This document shows, piece after piece, positions 19,760-30,180 of a stretch of 64,000 bases of DNA. Below the pieces are notes generated by a model. That model was not told the DNA's origin, searched no databases, and saw nothing but the letters and a program-made list of their open reading frames with translations. Source of the stretch: an uncultured Gemmatimonadota bacterium (GTDB lineage: Bacteria > JAAXHH01); contig OX638340.1 in assembly GCA_951812955.1 (NCBI GenBank), positions 2,944,001 to 3,008,000 on the forward strand, given 5' to 3'. Each line of letters begins with the position of its first letter. The stretch's first letter is position 1. The translations under genes were made by a program, and so were the position numbers.

Positions 19760-20743
19760 ATGTCAGTAGGAGTTTGCGCCTATTCATTCAATACGGGTCC
19801 CGACGCCTTCGAGCTCATGGACATGGCCGTCGAACACGGACTGGCCGGCGTGGAGTTCCCCCCGGACGACTGCTTGCCCGACCTGGCGCCGGCCACGCTG
19901 GAATCGGCCCGCGCCTGTGCGGAGGAACGCGGACTGTTCGTCGTGGCCGACGGCGGTCAGGTGGAGCGGGAGATGCTGGAGCGTCTCATCCCCGCGGCCT
20001 CCGGCCTCGGCGCGTCGACGTTGCGGGTGGTCATGAGCGGCGTACTCGGCGGGGACCGGCGTCCGCTGGCGGGACGGTGGAATGCCCATCTCGCGGATTG
20101 CAGGGATATTTTGCGCGAAGTCCTGCCGAAGGCGGAAGAGCATGGCGTGACCATCGCGGTGGAAAATCACTCCGACGCCACGTCCCACGACATGGCCTGG
20201 CTGTGCGAGGAATTGGACAGCCCGTACGTCGGCATTACGCTCGACGTGGGCAACGTGCTGGCGGTGTGTGAAGAACCCTTCGGGTACACGGAACGGCTGC
20301 TGCCCCATCTCCGTCATATCCACCTCAAGGACTATACGCTGCATCCTTCCAACGAGGGATTCCGCATAGCGCGATGCCCGCTGGGAGCAGGCGTGGTCGA
20401 CTATCCCGCCCTGCTGTCCCTGATCGACGGTTACCACGGCACGCGGGACCAGGGGGGCGGGATCGCGAAGACCATCGAACTGGGCGCCATATACGCCCGT
20501 CACGTGCGCATGCTCATGGCCGATTACTGGGCGGAGTATCCGGAACGGGACGTTAAAGAACTGTTGCCCTTTCTGCGGTTGTACTGGGCCCATGTTCGAC
20601 CGAAGGAAGAAGACTGGCGAACGCCCAGAGAGAAGGACGAACCGGTCGAGGTGCTGAAGGCATACGAGAATCGGCAATTCGAAGATAGCGTGTCCTATCT
20701 GAAGGAAATCGGGGCCGTCCAATCGAACTCCGTTACAACCTGA
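19760..20743 (+). CDS. Sugar phosphate isomerase/epimerase (xylose-isomerase-like TIM barrel)
   Basis: AVENH and HLKD metal-binding blocks typical of the AP endonuclease 2/xylose isomerase-like family. Confidence 0.7.
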   Translation: MSVGVCAYSFNTGPDAFELMDMAVEHGLAGVEFPPDDCLPDLAPATLESARACAEERGLFVVADGGQVEREMLERLIPAASGLGASTLRVVMSGVLGGDRRPLAGRWNAHLADCRDILREVLPKAEEHGVTIAVENHSDATSHDMAWLCEELDSPYVGITLDVGNVLAVCEEPFGYTERLLPHLRHIHLKDYTLHPSNEGFRIARCPLGAGVVDYPALLSLIDGYHGTRDQGGGIAKTIELGAIYARHVRMLMADYWAEYPERDVKELLPFLRLYWAHVRPKEEDWRTPREKDEPVEVLKAYENRQFEDSVSYLKEIGAVQSNSVTT

Positions 20744-20760
20744 ACAAGGCGGGTCGGCAA

Positions 20761-21855
20761 ATGAGCTTTTCCGTTAATTCCGGTGACCACCTTGAAACGA
20801 AGGCGGTCGAAATGAAGATGGAACGCCTCGACCAGTCCGACATGCATGGTTCCATCGGTTCGATACCCGACCAGGTGGAAGCGGCCTGGGGGGATATGAC
20901 GGGGCGCGTTTTCCCCGACGCCTGCCGCGACGTGGACCACGTCGTGGTAGCCGGGATGGGTGGATCGGCCCTGGGCGCGCATCTGATAATGGACGTATTC
21001 CGCGACAGGCTGTCCGTACCGGTGACCGTGGTTTCAGATTACCAGGCGCCCGCGTGGATCGACGAACGGACACTCATCGTGTTGTCCAGTTATTCCGGGG
21101 GCACGGAGGAGGTGCTGAACATGGCGCAGCAGGGCGCGTCCCGTAACATTCCCATGATCGCGCTGACTACCGGAGGCGAACTGGCGGCGCTCGCCGAAGG
21201 AAATCGCTGGCCGGCCGTAGTGTTCGGCAGCGAACTGAATACGTGCGGGCAGCCTCGGATCGGCCTGGGTTACGCGGTGACGTACCTACTCGGGATTTTC
21301 CGGCAACTGGGCTTCGTAGACCTCGCCGCGACGGAGATTACCCGGGCCATCATGCTGCTACGTGAGACGAATCAGGATTACAGGGAACCGGGAGAGGAAA
21401 ACCCCGCCTTCGAGCTGGCGCGATCGACGCAGGGCAAAACGGTGATGATCATGGCCTCCGAGCATCTCACCGGCAATGCCCACATCATGGCCAACCAGTG
21501 GAACGAGAATGCCAAGAACATGGCGGCGTGGTTCGCCATACCCGAGCTCAACCACCATCTGCTCGAAGGGATGACCTACCCCCGGGAAAACCAAAACGGG
21601 CTCGTCGCCGTGCTGGTCCAGTCCGACCTCTACGATCCGCGCAACCGCCGCCGACACGAGATCACCCGCGCCTTGCTCGAGGAACAGGAGATCGCCTGCC
21701 CGGTCATCAAGCCACGGGGAGATACGGCCCTGGAACAGGCTTTCGACCTGCTCCTGCTCGGCACCTATGCCAGTTTCTACCAGGCGGTCTTAAACGCAAC
21801 CGATCCATCCCCCATTCCCTGGGTCGATCAGTTCAAGCGTCGCATGGCCGGCTAA
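20761..21855 (+). CDS. Bifunctional phosphoglucose/phosphomannose isomerase-like SIS-domain protein
   Basis: SIS phosphosugar-binding block (VVVAGMGGSALGAHL.. LSSYSGGTEE). Archaeal-type PGI/PMI family. The start codon is uncertain (alternatives near 20815). Confidence 0.6.
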   Translation: MSFSVNSGDHLETKAVEMKMERLDQSDMHGSIGSIPDQVEAAWGDMTGRVFPDACRDVDHVVVAGMGGSALGAHLIMDVFRDRLSVPVTVVSDYQAPAWIDERTLIVLSSYSGGTEEVLNMAQQGASRNIPMIALTTGGELAALAEGNRWPAVVFGSELNTCGQPRIGLGYAVTYLLGIFRQLGFVDLAATEITRAIMLLRETNQDYREPGEENPAFELARSTQGKTVMIMASEHLTGNAHIMANQWNENAKNMAAWFAIPELNHHLLEGMTYPRENQNGLVAVLVQSDLYDPRNRRRHEITRALLEEQEIACPVIKPRGDTALEQAFDLLLLGTYASFYQAVLNATDPSPIPWVDQFKRRMAG

Positions 21856-21914
21856 AGGCACCACCCGCCACGATGTAGATCCCTTCCGGGTCACGCATCG
21901 AAAGACGGTACGGC

Positions 21915-24900
21915 ATGAGTGAAATCGTTACATACCTTGGTGGAAAGACGCTGCTGATTACCGGCGCCACGGGATTCCTCGCGAAAGCGGTCGTGGAAAA
22001 GATCCTGCGGTGCGCGCCGGAGGTCGGCCGCGTATACCTTGTCGTCAGGCCCCGCCGCAAGAAGGACGGCACTACGCTGTCGGCGGCGGAGCGCGTGGAG
22101 GATGAAATACTCCAGTCCGCCGCTTTCGCCCGTTTGCGCGAGATGCACGGCGACCGATTCGCACCATTCATGGCGGAGAAGGTTCATGCTGTCGAGGGGG
22201 ATCTGACCCTGGACCACCTGGGATTGGAGCCGGAACTGTACCGGCTTCTTTCCGAAGAGGTCAATGTCGTAATGACCTGTGCCGCTTCCGTTACCTTCGA
22301 CGAAGAAATCGACGCCGCCCTGCAGCTGAACGCTCTGGGCGCCAGGCGGATGATGGAATTCGCCAGAACGTGCAACCGCGCCATACTCGTCCACGTATCC
22401 ACGGCCTATGTCAATGGCCAGCTCAAGGGGCGCATCCCGGAAGTTCCACCACGGCCGGACTGGTCCATGGCCCAGGAAATGGGGATCAGCGACGCGCCAT
22501 TCGACCTGGAAAAGGAAATCCGGGGTATTTTGGCGAGGGCCGAAGAAATCCATGTTGCGTCACGATCGGCTGTCCAGCAGAAACGGTTCCGTAGGTCAGC
22601 CCTTCAACAGAACGCGCGGCCCACGCAGCGCTGGCTTGACGCCCAGATGGAGACCTTCCGTAAACGCTGGCTGAAGGAACAGCTTATCGAAGAAGGGATG
22701 CGCCGGGGACAGCAGTGGGGCTGGCACGACAGCTACACCTTGACGAAGGCCATGGGCGAACAACTGATCGTCAAGCATCGGGGCGAACTGCCCACGGTCA
22801 TCATTCGTCCGTCCATCGTGGAAAGCAGTCTCGTCGAGCCGGAACCGGGATGGATAGAAGGGCTCAAGGTCGCCGACCCGCTGATCGACGCGGTGAGCAA
22901 GGGCCGCCTGCCGGATTTTCCCGGCGATAAGGACATGATCGTGGACATCATCCCGGTGGACATGGTGGTAAACTCCATGCTGGCCGCCATGGAGCACACG
23001 GTCCGGGAGGGCGGAATCAGCGTGTACCACGTGTCTACGGGCGACCGGAATCCAATCCGATTCCAACAGGCCTTCGAACTTTCCTACGAGTACTTCCTGC
23101 AGCATCCACGCCTGAACCGGAACAACGAACCCATACCCATCCGGCGCTGGACCTATCCGACCCTCGCCCAGTTCAGACGGCGGTACAACCTGCGCTACGT
23201 CTATCCACTGAACACCGCGCTCTGGGTGTTCAACCGCTTCAGCCGCATCACCTTCCTGAATAACTGGAAGCGCAGAATAACCGTGCTGAAATCGGCGATC
23301 TCCCGCATGCTCTACTACGCTTCGATCTACAGTCCCTACACGTCCCTGGAATGCACCTTCGAAACCGGTCGGACGGTCGGCCTGCACGAACGGCTCGGGC
23401 CCGATGACCGGCTGCTGTTCAACGGCGACGTATCCAGAATACAATGGAAGACCTACTTCCAGGATATTCATATTCCAGGGTTGAAGCGCCACGTGTTGAA
23501 GACCGACGAACCCAGGCCCACGGTTACAGAAGAGGAGGAGGTTGCGGAGCGGTCGGGGTTTACCCAGGCGGAGGATGACCCCCTGCCCCACCTCGACACG
23601 TTGACGGATATATTGGCCAAGAGCGCGGATATGTACGGAGACAAGACCGCGATGCAGATGGAGCGTGAGGGGGTATGGGTCCGGTATTCTTTCAAGGACG
23701 TGCACGACCTGGCCGGCCACATGGGCTGGCAATGGCGGTCCGGCGGGCTGCACCCGGGCGACCGCGTCCTGCTGTTTTCGGAAAACAAGCCCGAATGGGG
23801 GATCGCCTGTTTTGCGGGTCTGGTGGCCGGAGCGGTGATCGTGCCCGTAGACCGGCGGTCATCGGCGCAGGAAGTGTGGCGCATTGCCCGGTTCACCGGT
23901 TCGAAGGCTGTCCTGTGTTCGGAAAGCGGTTTCGAGATGCTGAAAGCCTCGGAAGCACCGGACCTGGAGGTCGCTTTCTGGAATATCGACAACTACGGCC
24001 TCCCTTTCGATGCCTCGCGGCCGTCGGCGTCGCCGGTCGCCTTGAACGAGGAACCGCCCGCCTGGGCGCCGGTTCAACCCGATGCGCCGGCCGCCATCAT
24101 GTTTACACGGGGCATGGCTGCGGAGTCGCACGGCGTGGTGCTGTCCCATCGGAATTTCGTATCGAACCTGCTGTCTCTTGCCGAGATTCTGCGCGCCTAC
24201 CGGACCGACCATTTCCTCTCTCTGCTGCCCATGAGCCAGGCCCTCGAGTTCACCGGGGGATTCCTCATGCCCTTCTACGCGGGAGCGACCATTACCTATA
24301 CCGCTTCGGTACGTCCTCGATCCCTGGTCGCCCTGATGGTTGAATCCGAAATCAACTGCCTGATCGCGGCGCCCCGGATTTTCGGACTGATGCACCGGCC
24401 GCTGCAGCGTGCGGCCCGTGAATCGGATACGGACGTGGTTTCCCGCATGCGACTGCTGGTCAGCGGCGGCGGTACGCTCGCGTCGGATCTCTACCACGCC
24501 TACCGCGATTTCGGCCTCACCATACACGAGGGATACGGGCTCACGGAAGCGGCGCCGGTCGTGGCCGTGAACCCCATGGACCGAAGCAAACCGTCCTCCG
24601 TCGGCATCGCCCTTCCGGAGGTCGACGTGCGTATCGCAAATCCCGATGAGGATGGGAAGGGAGAAATCGTCGTGCGCGGGTCGAACGTCATGCTGGGATA
24701 TTTCGAGAACCCGTCGGCGACGGAGCATCGCATCCGCGACGGCTGGCTTCACACGGGGGACATCGGTTACATCGACCGGGACGGCTACTTGTACATCGCC
24801 GACCGCATGGAGCGCAGCCGCGGATCGAAGGATGTACCGGATGGTCGTCCGGGGAACGGCAAGTCCCGCAGCGCCACCGCCTTCTTCGACGTGGACGGAA

Positions 24901-25535
24901 CCATCGTCGACGCCACGATCGTACACTACTACGCCTTTTACAGGACCTGGGGTTATTCCGTTCCGAAGCGTCTGCTTTGGACCCTGGGCTTTCTGCCGAA
25001 GGTCGTCTATTACATGGTGCTGGACAAAATCAGCAGAAGCCGTTTCAACCAGGTCTTCTACAGGCAATACCGGGGATTCGAGCGCGGCGAGTGCGTATCC
25101 CGCAGCGAACGCCTCTTCAACGAAGTCATGCGGCCGCGCATGTTCACCGGCGCCGTCGAACGCATTCGGGAGCATCAGCAAAGAGGCGAGCGCGTGGTCC
25201 TGGTCACCGGATCCCTCGATTTTATCGTGGAACCCCTCGCGGAGTACACCAAGGCCGACGATCTCATCGCCCTGTCCATGAAGGAGGAGAACGGCCGGCT
25301 GACGGGAGAGCCGGAAGGGCCGCCGATCGGCGACGAGGAGAAGGCCCGTATCGTCCGGGATTACGCCGAACGGCGCGGCATCGACCTGGACCGAAGTTAC
25401 GCCTATGCCGACAGCAGATCGGACCGGCCCATGCTGGACCTGGTGGGACACGCCGTCGTGGTGAACCCGGGCGGGAAACTCAGAAAGGCTGCGGAAGCCG
25501 GCGGCTGGGAAGTCGTTAGCTGGACCCACGTATGA
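21915..25535 (+). CDS. Tri-domain fusion: fatty acyl-CoA reductase (NAD_binding_4/male-sterility type) + ANL-superfamily acyl-adenylating domain + HAD-IB phosphatase-like domain
   Basis: N-terminus: LITGATGFLAKAV Rossmann fold and VSTAYV (Y-x-x-x-K) of FARs. Middle: GYGLTEAAPV and LHTGDIGYIDRDGYLYIADR adenylation motifs, but the P-loop is degenerate (FTRGMAAESHG versus TSGTTGxPKG). C-terminus: FFDVDGTIVD DxDGT motif and VLVTGS of HAD-IB. Confidence 0.75.
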   Translation: MSEIVTYLGGKTLLITGATGFLAKAVVEKILRCAPEVGRVYLVVRPRRKKDGTTLSAAERVEDEILQSAAFARLREMHGDRFAPFMAEKVHAVEGDLTLDHLGLEPELYRLLSEEVNVVMTCAASVTFDEEIDAALQLNALGARRMMEFARTCNRAILVHVSTAYVNGQLKGRIPEVPPRPDWSMAQEMGISDAPFDLEKEIRGILARAEEIHVASRSAVQQKRFRRSALQQNARPTQRWLDAQMETFRKRWLKEQLIEEGMRRGQQWGWHDSYTLTKAMGEQLIVKHRGELPTVIIRPSIVESSLVEPEPGWIEGLKVADPLIDAVSKGRLPDFPGDKDMIVDIIPVDMVVNSMLAAMEHTVREGGISVYHVSTGDRNPIRFQQAFELSYEYFLQHPRLNRNNEPIPIRRWTYPTLAQFRRRYNLRYVYPLNTALWVFNRFSRITFLNNWKRRITVLKSAISRMLYYASIYSPYTSLECTFETGRTVGLHERLGPDDRLLFNGDVSRIQWKTYFQDIHIPGLKRHVLKTDEPRPTVTEEEEVAERSGFTQAEDDPLPHLDTLTDILAKSADMYGDKTAMQMEREGVWVRYSFKDVHDLAGHMGWQWRSGGLHPGDRVLLFSENKPEWGIACFAGLVAGAVIVPVDRRSSAQEVWRIARFTGSKAVLCSESGFEMLKASEAPDLEVAFWNIDNYGLPFDASRPSASPVALNEEPPAWAPVQPDAPAAIMFTRGMAAESHGVVLSHRNFVSNLLSLAEILRAYRTDHFLSLLPMSQALEFTGGFLMPFYAGATITYTASVRPRSLVALMVESEINCLIAAPRIFGLMHRPLQRAARESDTDVVSRMRLLVSGGGTLASDLYHAYRDFGLTIHEGYGLTEAAPVVAVNPMDRSKPSSVGIALPEVDVRIANPDEDGKGEIVVRGSNVMLGYFENPSATEHRIRDGWLHTGDIGYIDRDGYLYIADRMERSRGSKDVPDGRPGNGKSRSATAFFDVDGTIVDATIVHYYAFYRTWGYSVPKRLLWTLGFLPKVVYYMVLDKISRSRFNQVFYRQYRGFERGECVSRSERLFNEVMRPRMFTGAVERIREHQQRGERVVLVTGSLDFIVEPLAEYTKADDLIALSMKEENGRLTGEPEGPPIGDEEKARIVRDYAERRGIDLDRSYAYADSRSDRPMLDLVGHAVVVNPGGKLRKAAEAGGWEVVSWTHV

Positions 25536-26767
25536 AAGCGGTTCAATACATCAAAAGCGTACCCAGGTACCTGTTCGTACGGACGATCGGCCATCGCAGC
25601 CCCGTTTTGGCGACCGGCGCCCTGTCGTGCATACGCATGGTAGACGTCGATCCCCCGGTGCTTCCGACTCCGGCATGGGTGCGCATCAGACCGCGCTTGA
25701 CCGGCATATGCGGATCAGACCTCTCCACCATCAAGGCCGGCGGAAGCCCTTACTTTTCCCCCCTGATATCCTCGCCTTTTGTCCTTGGACACGAAGTGGT
25801 GGGCGAGGTCCTGGAGACCGGTCCCGAATCAGGGGGCGTGTCCCGGGGGGACCGCGTGGCCATCGAACCCGGTCTGTGCTGCCCTGTTCGGGGCATCGAC
25901 CCGCCGTGCCCGTCGTGCCGGGAGGGAGATTTCGGCCTGTGTGAGATGGTTATGCACGGCGATATTTCCCCTGGCATTCAGACGGGGTATTGCAGGGACA
26001 CGGGCGGCGGATGGAGCACATCCCTGGTCGCACACCCCTTCCAGGTCCATCCGGTGCCCGAGCGGCTGACCGATGAGGAAGCGGTCCTGATAGAACCATT
26101 CAGCTGTTGCCTGCACGCCGTGATGAAATCCTTTCCCTCCGATGATGAGACGGTGCTCGTAATCGGGTGCGGTGCGATCGGGTTGCTTACTATCGCATCC
26201 ATACGGGCCCTGGGAGCCAAATGCCGGATTCTCGCCGCCGCCCGTTATGGCCATCAGGAGACCCTGGCGGCTGAACTGGGCGCCGACCGGGTCATCGGCC
26301 GGGGCGACGGCCTATACGAAAGCTTGAGCGAGGTGACCGGGGCGGAAATCCATCGTCCGGAGATCGGGCGGCCCGTATTCATCGGCGGCGCAAACCGGAC
26401 CTTCGATTGTGTCGGTTCCTCCCGCTCCATCGACGACGCCCTTCGACTGACCGGATCCGGTGGATGCGTCACCGTCGTAGGCATGCCGGGTATACCTTCC
26501 GGCATCGACTGGACAGCCGTCTGGTACAAGGAATTGAAAGTCCAGGGCGCGTATGCGTACGGGACGGAAAAATATGAAAACCGATCCGTGCGGACCTTCG
26601 ACCTTGCCATGCGGTTGCTGGAGGAGGGCAAGGTCGATCTGAAACCCCTGTTAACGGACCTTTATCCTCTGAAGGACTACCGGAAGGCGATCGGCCGGGC
26701 GCTGAAAGCCGGAAGCCAGGGCGCGGTCAAGGTGGCCTTCGACCTGCGAGACGAACCGGCGCGGTAG
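25532..26767 (+). CDS. Zinc-dependent alcohol dehydrogenase (MDR family, threonine/sorbitol dehydrogenase-like)
   Basis: GHEVVGEV, a structural-Zn Cys cluster (CCPVRGIDPPCPSCREGDFGLC) and a GCGAIG Rossmann motif. It overlaps the upstream stop (ATGA). Confidence 0.85.
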   Translation: MKAVQYIKSVPRYLFVRTIGHRSPVLATGALSCIRMVDVDPPVLPTPAWVRIRPRLTGICGSDLSTIKAGGSPYFSPLISSPFVLGHEVVGEVLETGPESGGVSRGDRVAIEPGLCCPVRGIDPPCPSCREGDFGLCEMVMHGDISPGIQTGYCRDTGGGWSTSLVAHPFQVHPVPERLTDEEAVLIEPFSCCLHAVMKSFPSDDETVLVIGCGAIGLLTIASIRALGAKCRILAAARYGHQETLAAELGADRVIGRGDGLYESLSEVTGAEIHRPEIGRPVFIGGANRTFDCVGSSRSIDDALRLTGSGGCVTVVGMPGIPSGIDWTAVWYKELKVQGAYAYGTEKYENRSVRTFDLAMRLLEEGKVDLKPLLTDLYPLKDYRKAIGRALKAGSQGAVKVAFDLRDEPAR

Positions 26768-26805
26768 CCCGGATTCATTGAGAAAACGCAAAACGGAGTT
26801 CCCCC

Positions 26806-28491
26806 GTGCCCTACCTGAAGATTCTGCGCGCGGAAGTTCCGCAAGTGCATGTCCTCTCAAAGGATGTCACTACCCTGGGCCGTTCCGGGGAAGTCGATAT
26901 GCCCATCAGAGGGGACCGCGGTGTCTCCAAACTCCACGCGCGGATCGAAAGCGAGGCTGCGGGCTACGTGATCACGGACCTGGGCAGCCGGAACGGTACG
27001 TATGTCAACGATCATCCGGTCGCCGGGGAACCCGCCCCGCTGCTTTCAGGCGATCATATCAGGGTCGGACAGACTGTCCTGGTATTTGAAGGGGGAGAAC
27101 CGGATGGGACGCATTCCGCGGGCACGGGAACCGCGGATGCGGAGGCCGTGGCGAGTAAGGACGATCCGCAGGCGCCGGCGTCGCTGTTCCGGGCGGATCA
27201 ACTGCCCTATACGCAGGCTGGCCGCCCGCCCGTCCGTCAGCGTGCAGGCGCGGACAACCACCTGCTGAAGCTGACGGATCTGAGCAAGGCCGTCATGACG
27301 GTGCGCAGCGAAGCGGAACTGGGAGATCTCGTTACCCGGCGCCTGCTCGAGTGGCTGGAGGCCGACTGCTGTGCGATCGTCCATCCCCTGGACACCGAGG
27401 ATGGTTACGACCTCGAGATAAGGTCGCTGGTATCCCGTACCGGAAGAGAAGCCGGCGGCATCTCAATCAGCACCACCGCGGTGAAACAGGCCCTGGAAAA
27501 CCGGATGGCCTCCATCACCACGAATGCCCTGGGGGATGAACGGTTCAGGGACCAGCACAGCGTCATCCTCCGCGGGCTGGCGTCCATTCTGTGCGTACCC
27601 CTGTGGCATGAAGACCGGGTATTCGGTCTGCTGTACCTCGATTCATCGGATCCCGCCGCGCAGTTTACCGTGGATCACCTCGGTCTCGTCAGCGCGGCCG
27701 CCAACCTGGCCGCCATCAAGACCGACAACCTGCGCCTGTTCGACGCGGCCGTCGCCAAGAGCGCGCTGGACAAGGAACTGGCCCTGGCCGGGGAGATTCA
27801 GGCGGGCCTGCTGCCCGGAGAGCGCTACGTGTTCCAACGTCTTGCCTGCGCGGGAAAGCTCCAGTCCTGCGCGGCGATCGGTGGCGACTACTACGATTTT
27901 ATTCCTATTGGCGAGAACGTCCTGACGGTGACGATCGCCGACGTTACCGGACACGGTCCCTCCAGCGCGATGCTCATGGTCGCCTGCAAGACCATGCTGA
28001 CCACCCTCATAGAGATCCGGGTTCCCCTGACGGAACGGGTGACGCGGTTGAATGAATACATGGTCCACCACGCTGCATCCAACCAGTTCATTACTTTCTT
28101 CCACGCCGAAATCGACCTGGAGCACCGGTCGCTGAACTATTGCAACGCCGGCCACAATCCCCCCATGCTCCTGCCGCCCGGCGACGCGCCGCCTGCGAGA
28201 CTGCATTCCGCAGGCCCGCCGTTGGGGATCGTTTCCTGTCCCTTTGACCTGGAGACCGTGGATTTTCCGCCAGGGTCCAGGCTGGTCATGTACACGGACG
28301 GAATCACCGAGGCCTCAGACCCGGAAGGGGTGCTTTACGAGGAAGACCGGCTGGAATCGCTGCTGACAAGGTGTCGCCGGCAGGACGCGGACGCGTTGAA
28401 AAACAGCATCCTGGCGGAACTTCTGGAATTCACCGCGGGACGGGAACAGGATGACGACGTTACCCTGGCCGTAGTGGAATACACCACCTAG
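26806..28491 (+). CDS. FHA-GAF-PP2C (SpoIIE/RsbU-type) serine/threonine phosphatase
   Basis: The N-terminal FHA domain (GRSGEVDMPIRGDRGVSKLHARI... NGTYVN) is followed by a GAF domain and then a PP2C domain (GGDYYDF ... ADVTGHG ... YTDGITE). Confidence 0.8.
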   Translation: MPYLKILRAEVPQVHVLSKDVTTLGRSGEVDMPIRGDRGVSKLHARIESEAAGYVITDLGSRNGTYVNDHPVAGEPAPLLSGDHIRVGQTVLVFEGGEPDGTHSAGTGTADAEAVASKDDPQAPASLFRADQLPYTQAGRPPVRQRAGADNHLLKLTDLSKAVMTVRSEAELGDLVTRRLLEWLEADCCAIVHPLDTEDGYDLEIRSLVSRTGREAGGISISTTAVKQALENRMASITTNALGDERFRDQHSVILRGLASILCVPLWHEDRVFGLLYLDSSDPAAQFTVDHLGLVSAAANLAAIKTDNLRLFDAAVAKSALDKELALAGEIQAGLLPGERYVFQRLACAGKLQSCAAIGGDYYDFIPIGENVLTVTIADVTGHGPSSAMLMVACKTMLTTLIEIRVPLTERVTRLNEYMVHHAASNQFITFFHAEIDLEHRSLNYCNAGHNPPMLLPPGDAPPARLHSAGPPLGIVSCPFDLETVDFPPGSRLVMYTDGITEASDPEGVLYEEDRLESLLTRCRRQDADALKNSILAELLEFTAGREQDDDVTLAVVEYTT

Positions 28492-28589
28492 CCAGACCTC
28501 CGGGTGAACGCCGCCCGCGGCGTGACCCGCGGTTCCGACCCGCATGTCCTCCGCCCGCCTCAGAACAGTCGCCCGGCCAAGGCGCCAGT

Positions 28590-29642
28590 CTATATCCAAC
28601 CGTGATCGATGCTTACCGGCGTGCCGGACTGCTGATGCGTCCACTGTCCCCCGCTGGCCAGCGGTACCTCCCGGCCGGAAATGGACGACTGTTCGGCGGC
28701 GAACAGGATCTCCATGACGTGACGGCCCCATTCACCGGGCGTGGGCGGTTCGATGTCCTTGCGGATGGACTCGACAAACCCCTTCCACTCGTTGTACATG
28801 GGATGGGGCGGGTCGTCGAAGGGCACGTCCTCCCACTTGTTGTCCTTGCCGACCCTGACGTACTTCTCGCCCGATTCGCTGAAGCGCAGCGAGCCGTTCG
28901 CGCAGATCACCTGGCATTCGTGGTTGGGCCCGCCGTCGGCGTAACCCACGGCCACCGCCACGCCCGCCGTGCCGTTCTTGTACCGGATGAAGGCCGTGGA
29001 GGAGTCGTCCGCGGCCTGGTAGTGCGCCCGGTTGCCAATGGAGGCGGAGACCGATATTGCCTGGGAAGCCATGACCCAGGAGAGGCGGTCCACCACGTGG
29101 ACGCCGTTGGTCATCCACATGCCGCCGCCGTGGAACCTGCTGCGGTACTGGGGCCTGCGGCCGCCGTGCCCCCACTGCTTGGACATGTAGCATACTGCCG
29201 TGATAGCAGGGCCAAGCGCTCCGGAGTCCAGGATTTCCTTCGCCTTGACGCTGGTGCCGTAGAAATGCTGCGTCAGGCCCACCATGAGCTTGACGCGATT
29301 GGCCGCGGCTGCGGCGATCATGTCGTCGCACTGGTCCAGGCTGATTGCCATGGGTTTCTCCACCAGGACGTGCTTGCCGGCGTTGCAGGCGTCCACGGTA
29401 AGGCGGTGGTGAAGCTGGTGGCCAAGGACGATGGCCACGGCTTCGACCTCGTCGTCCGCCAACAGCTCCGTGTGGGTTTCGTAACCCCTGGGGATATCGT
29501 ACTTTTCCATGTATTCACGTCGCTTTTCTTCGAGCAGGTCCGCGACCGCGACGATCTCCACGCCAACCTGGTTGGTGATGGCCTCGCAGTGCGGACGGGC
29601 GATGCCGCCCAGGCCGATTATACCGACGCGCAGATTAGACAC
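28590..29642 (-). CDS. Gfo/Idh/MocA family oxidoreductase
   Basis: MSNLRVGIIGLGGIARPH... EKPMA ... are family blocks. Confidence 0.88.
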   Translation of the reverse strand: MSNLRVGIIGLGGIARPHCEAITNQVGVEIVAVADLLEEKRREYMEKYDIPRGYETHTELLADDEVEAVAIVLGHQLHHRLTVDACNAGKHVLVEKPMAISLDQCDDMIAAAAANRVKLMVGLTQHFYGTSVKAKEILDSGALGPAITAVCYMSKQWGHGGRRPQYRSRFHGGGMWMTNGVHVVDRLSWVMASQAISVSASIGNRAHYQAADDSSTAFIRYKNGTAGVAVAVGYADGGPNHECQVICANGSLRFSESGEKYVRVGKDNKWEDVPFDDPPHPMYNEWKGFVESIRKDIEPPTPGEWGRHVMEILFAAEQSSISGREVPLASGGQWTHQQSGTPVSIDHGWI

Positions 29643-29939
29643 AGGTAACGCTCCTTTGATGGGTGCATGGAAGTGGGCTGGCGGGGGTGGTTCAGATCAC
29701 GCCACCGCCGCGATCATATTCTGCTATCAGCTTCCTTCGGAATCTGTACGCTACTATCTGAATATAAAAGACGGCAGATCTTCTGCAGGCAATGGATTTA
29801 ACAACGCGAAACTTCAACATACCATCGCCCATCAGCATCGCCTTATACCGGTCACAGGTTGTTTCAGTCCGGATTATCGGCCTGAGTTCAAATATTCTGT
29901 ATAGATGAAGGTCATGTCATTATATTAGCGATCGTCTGT

Positions 29940-29962
29940 CAGCGCAGACATCATCTGCGCTG
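29940..29962. other. Perfect 9-bp stem/5-nt loop hairpin (CAGCGCAGA-CATCA-TCTGCGCTG) within a ~465-bp AT-rich ORF-free divergent intergenic region (29643-30180)
   Basis: Read directly from the sequence; no coding potential in the surrounding region. Confidence 0.5.
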
Positions 29963-30180
29963 TAGTAAAGTGATCAGTAATACACCCCCGCCAAGAATTT
30001 CTCGTAGCGTGCATTTTATTCCACATATCATCAATTACGCCCGCGATCCCAGGTCTGTGTTCAAAGCCTTGCCGGGTTCAGTCGCAATGGCGTTTGCAAC
30101 AATAGAGCTTGTTAAGTAAGAAGCACCTGTTTTTCTGGTTGGATAACACGTGGATCTATGGAACAGAATGGAATCTCAGG

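Noticed and set aside
22596-25529. Minus-strand ORFs 22596..23753 and 23859..25529
   Set aside because: They are antisense to the FAR-ANL-HAD fusion, which has clear domain motifs throughout.
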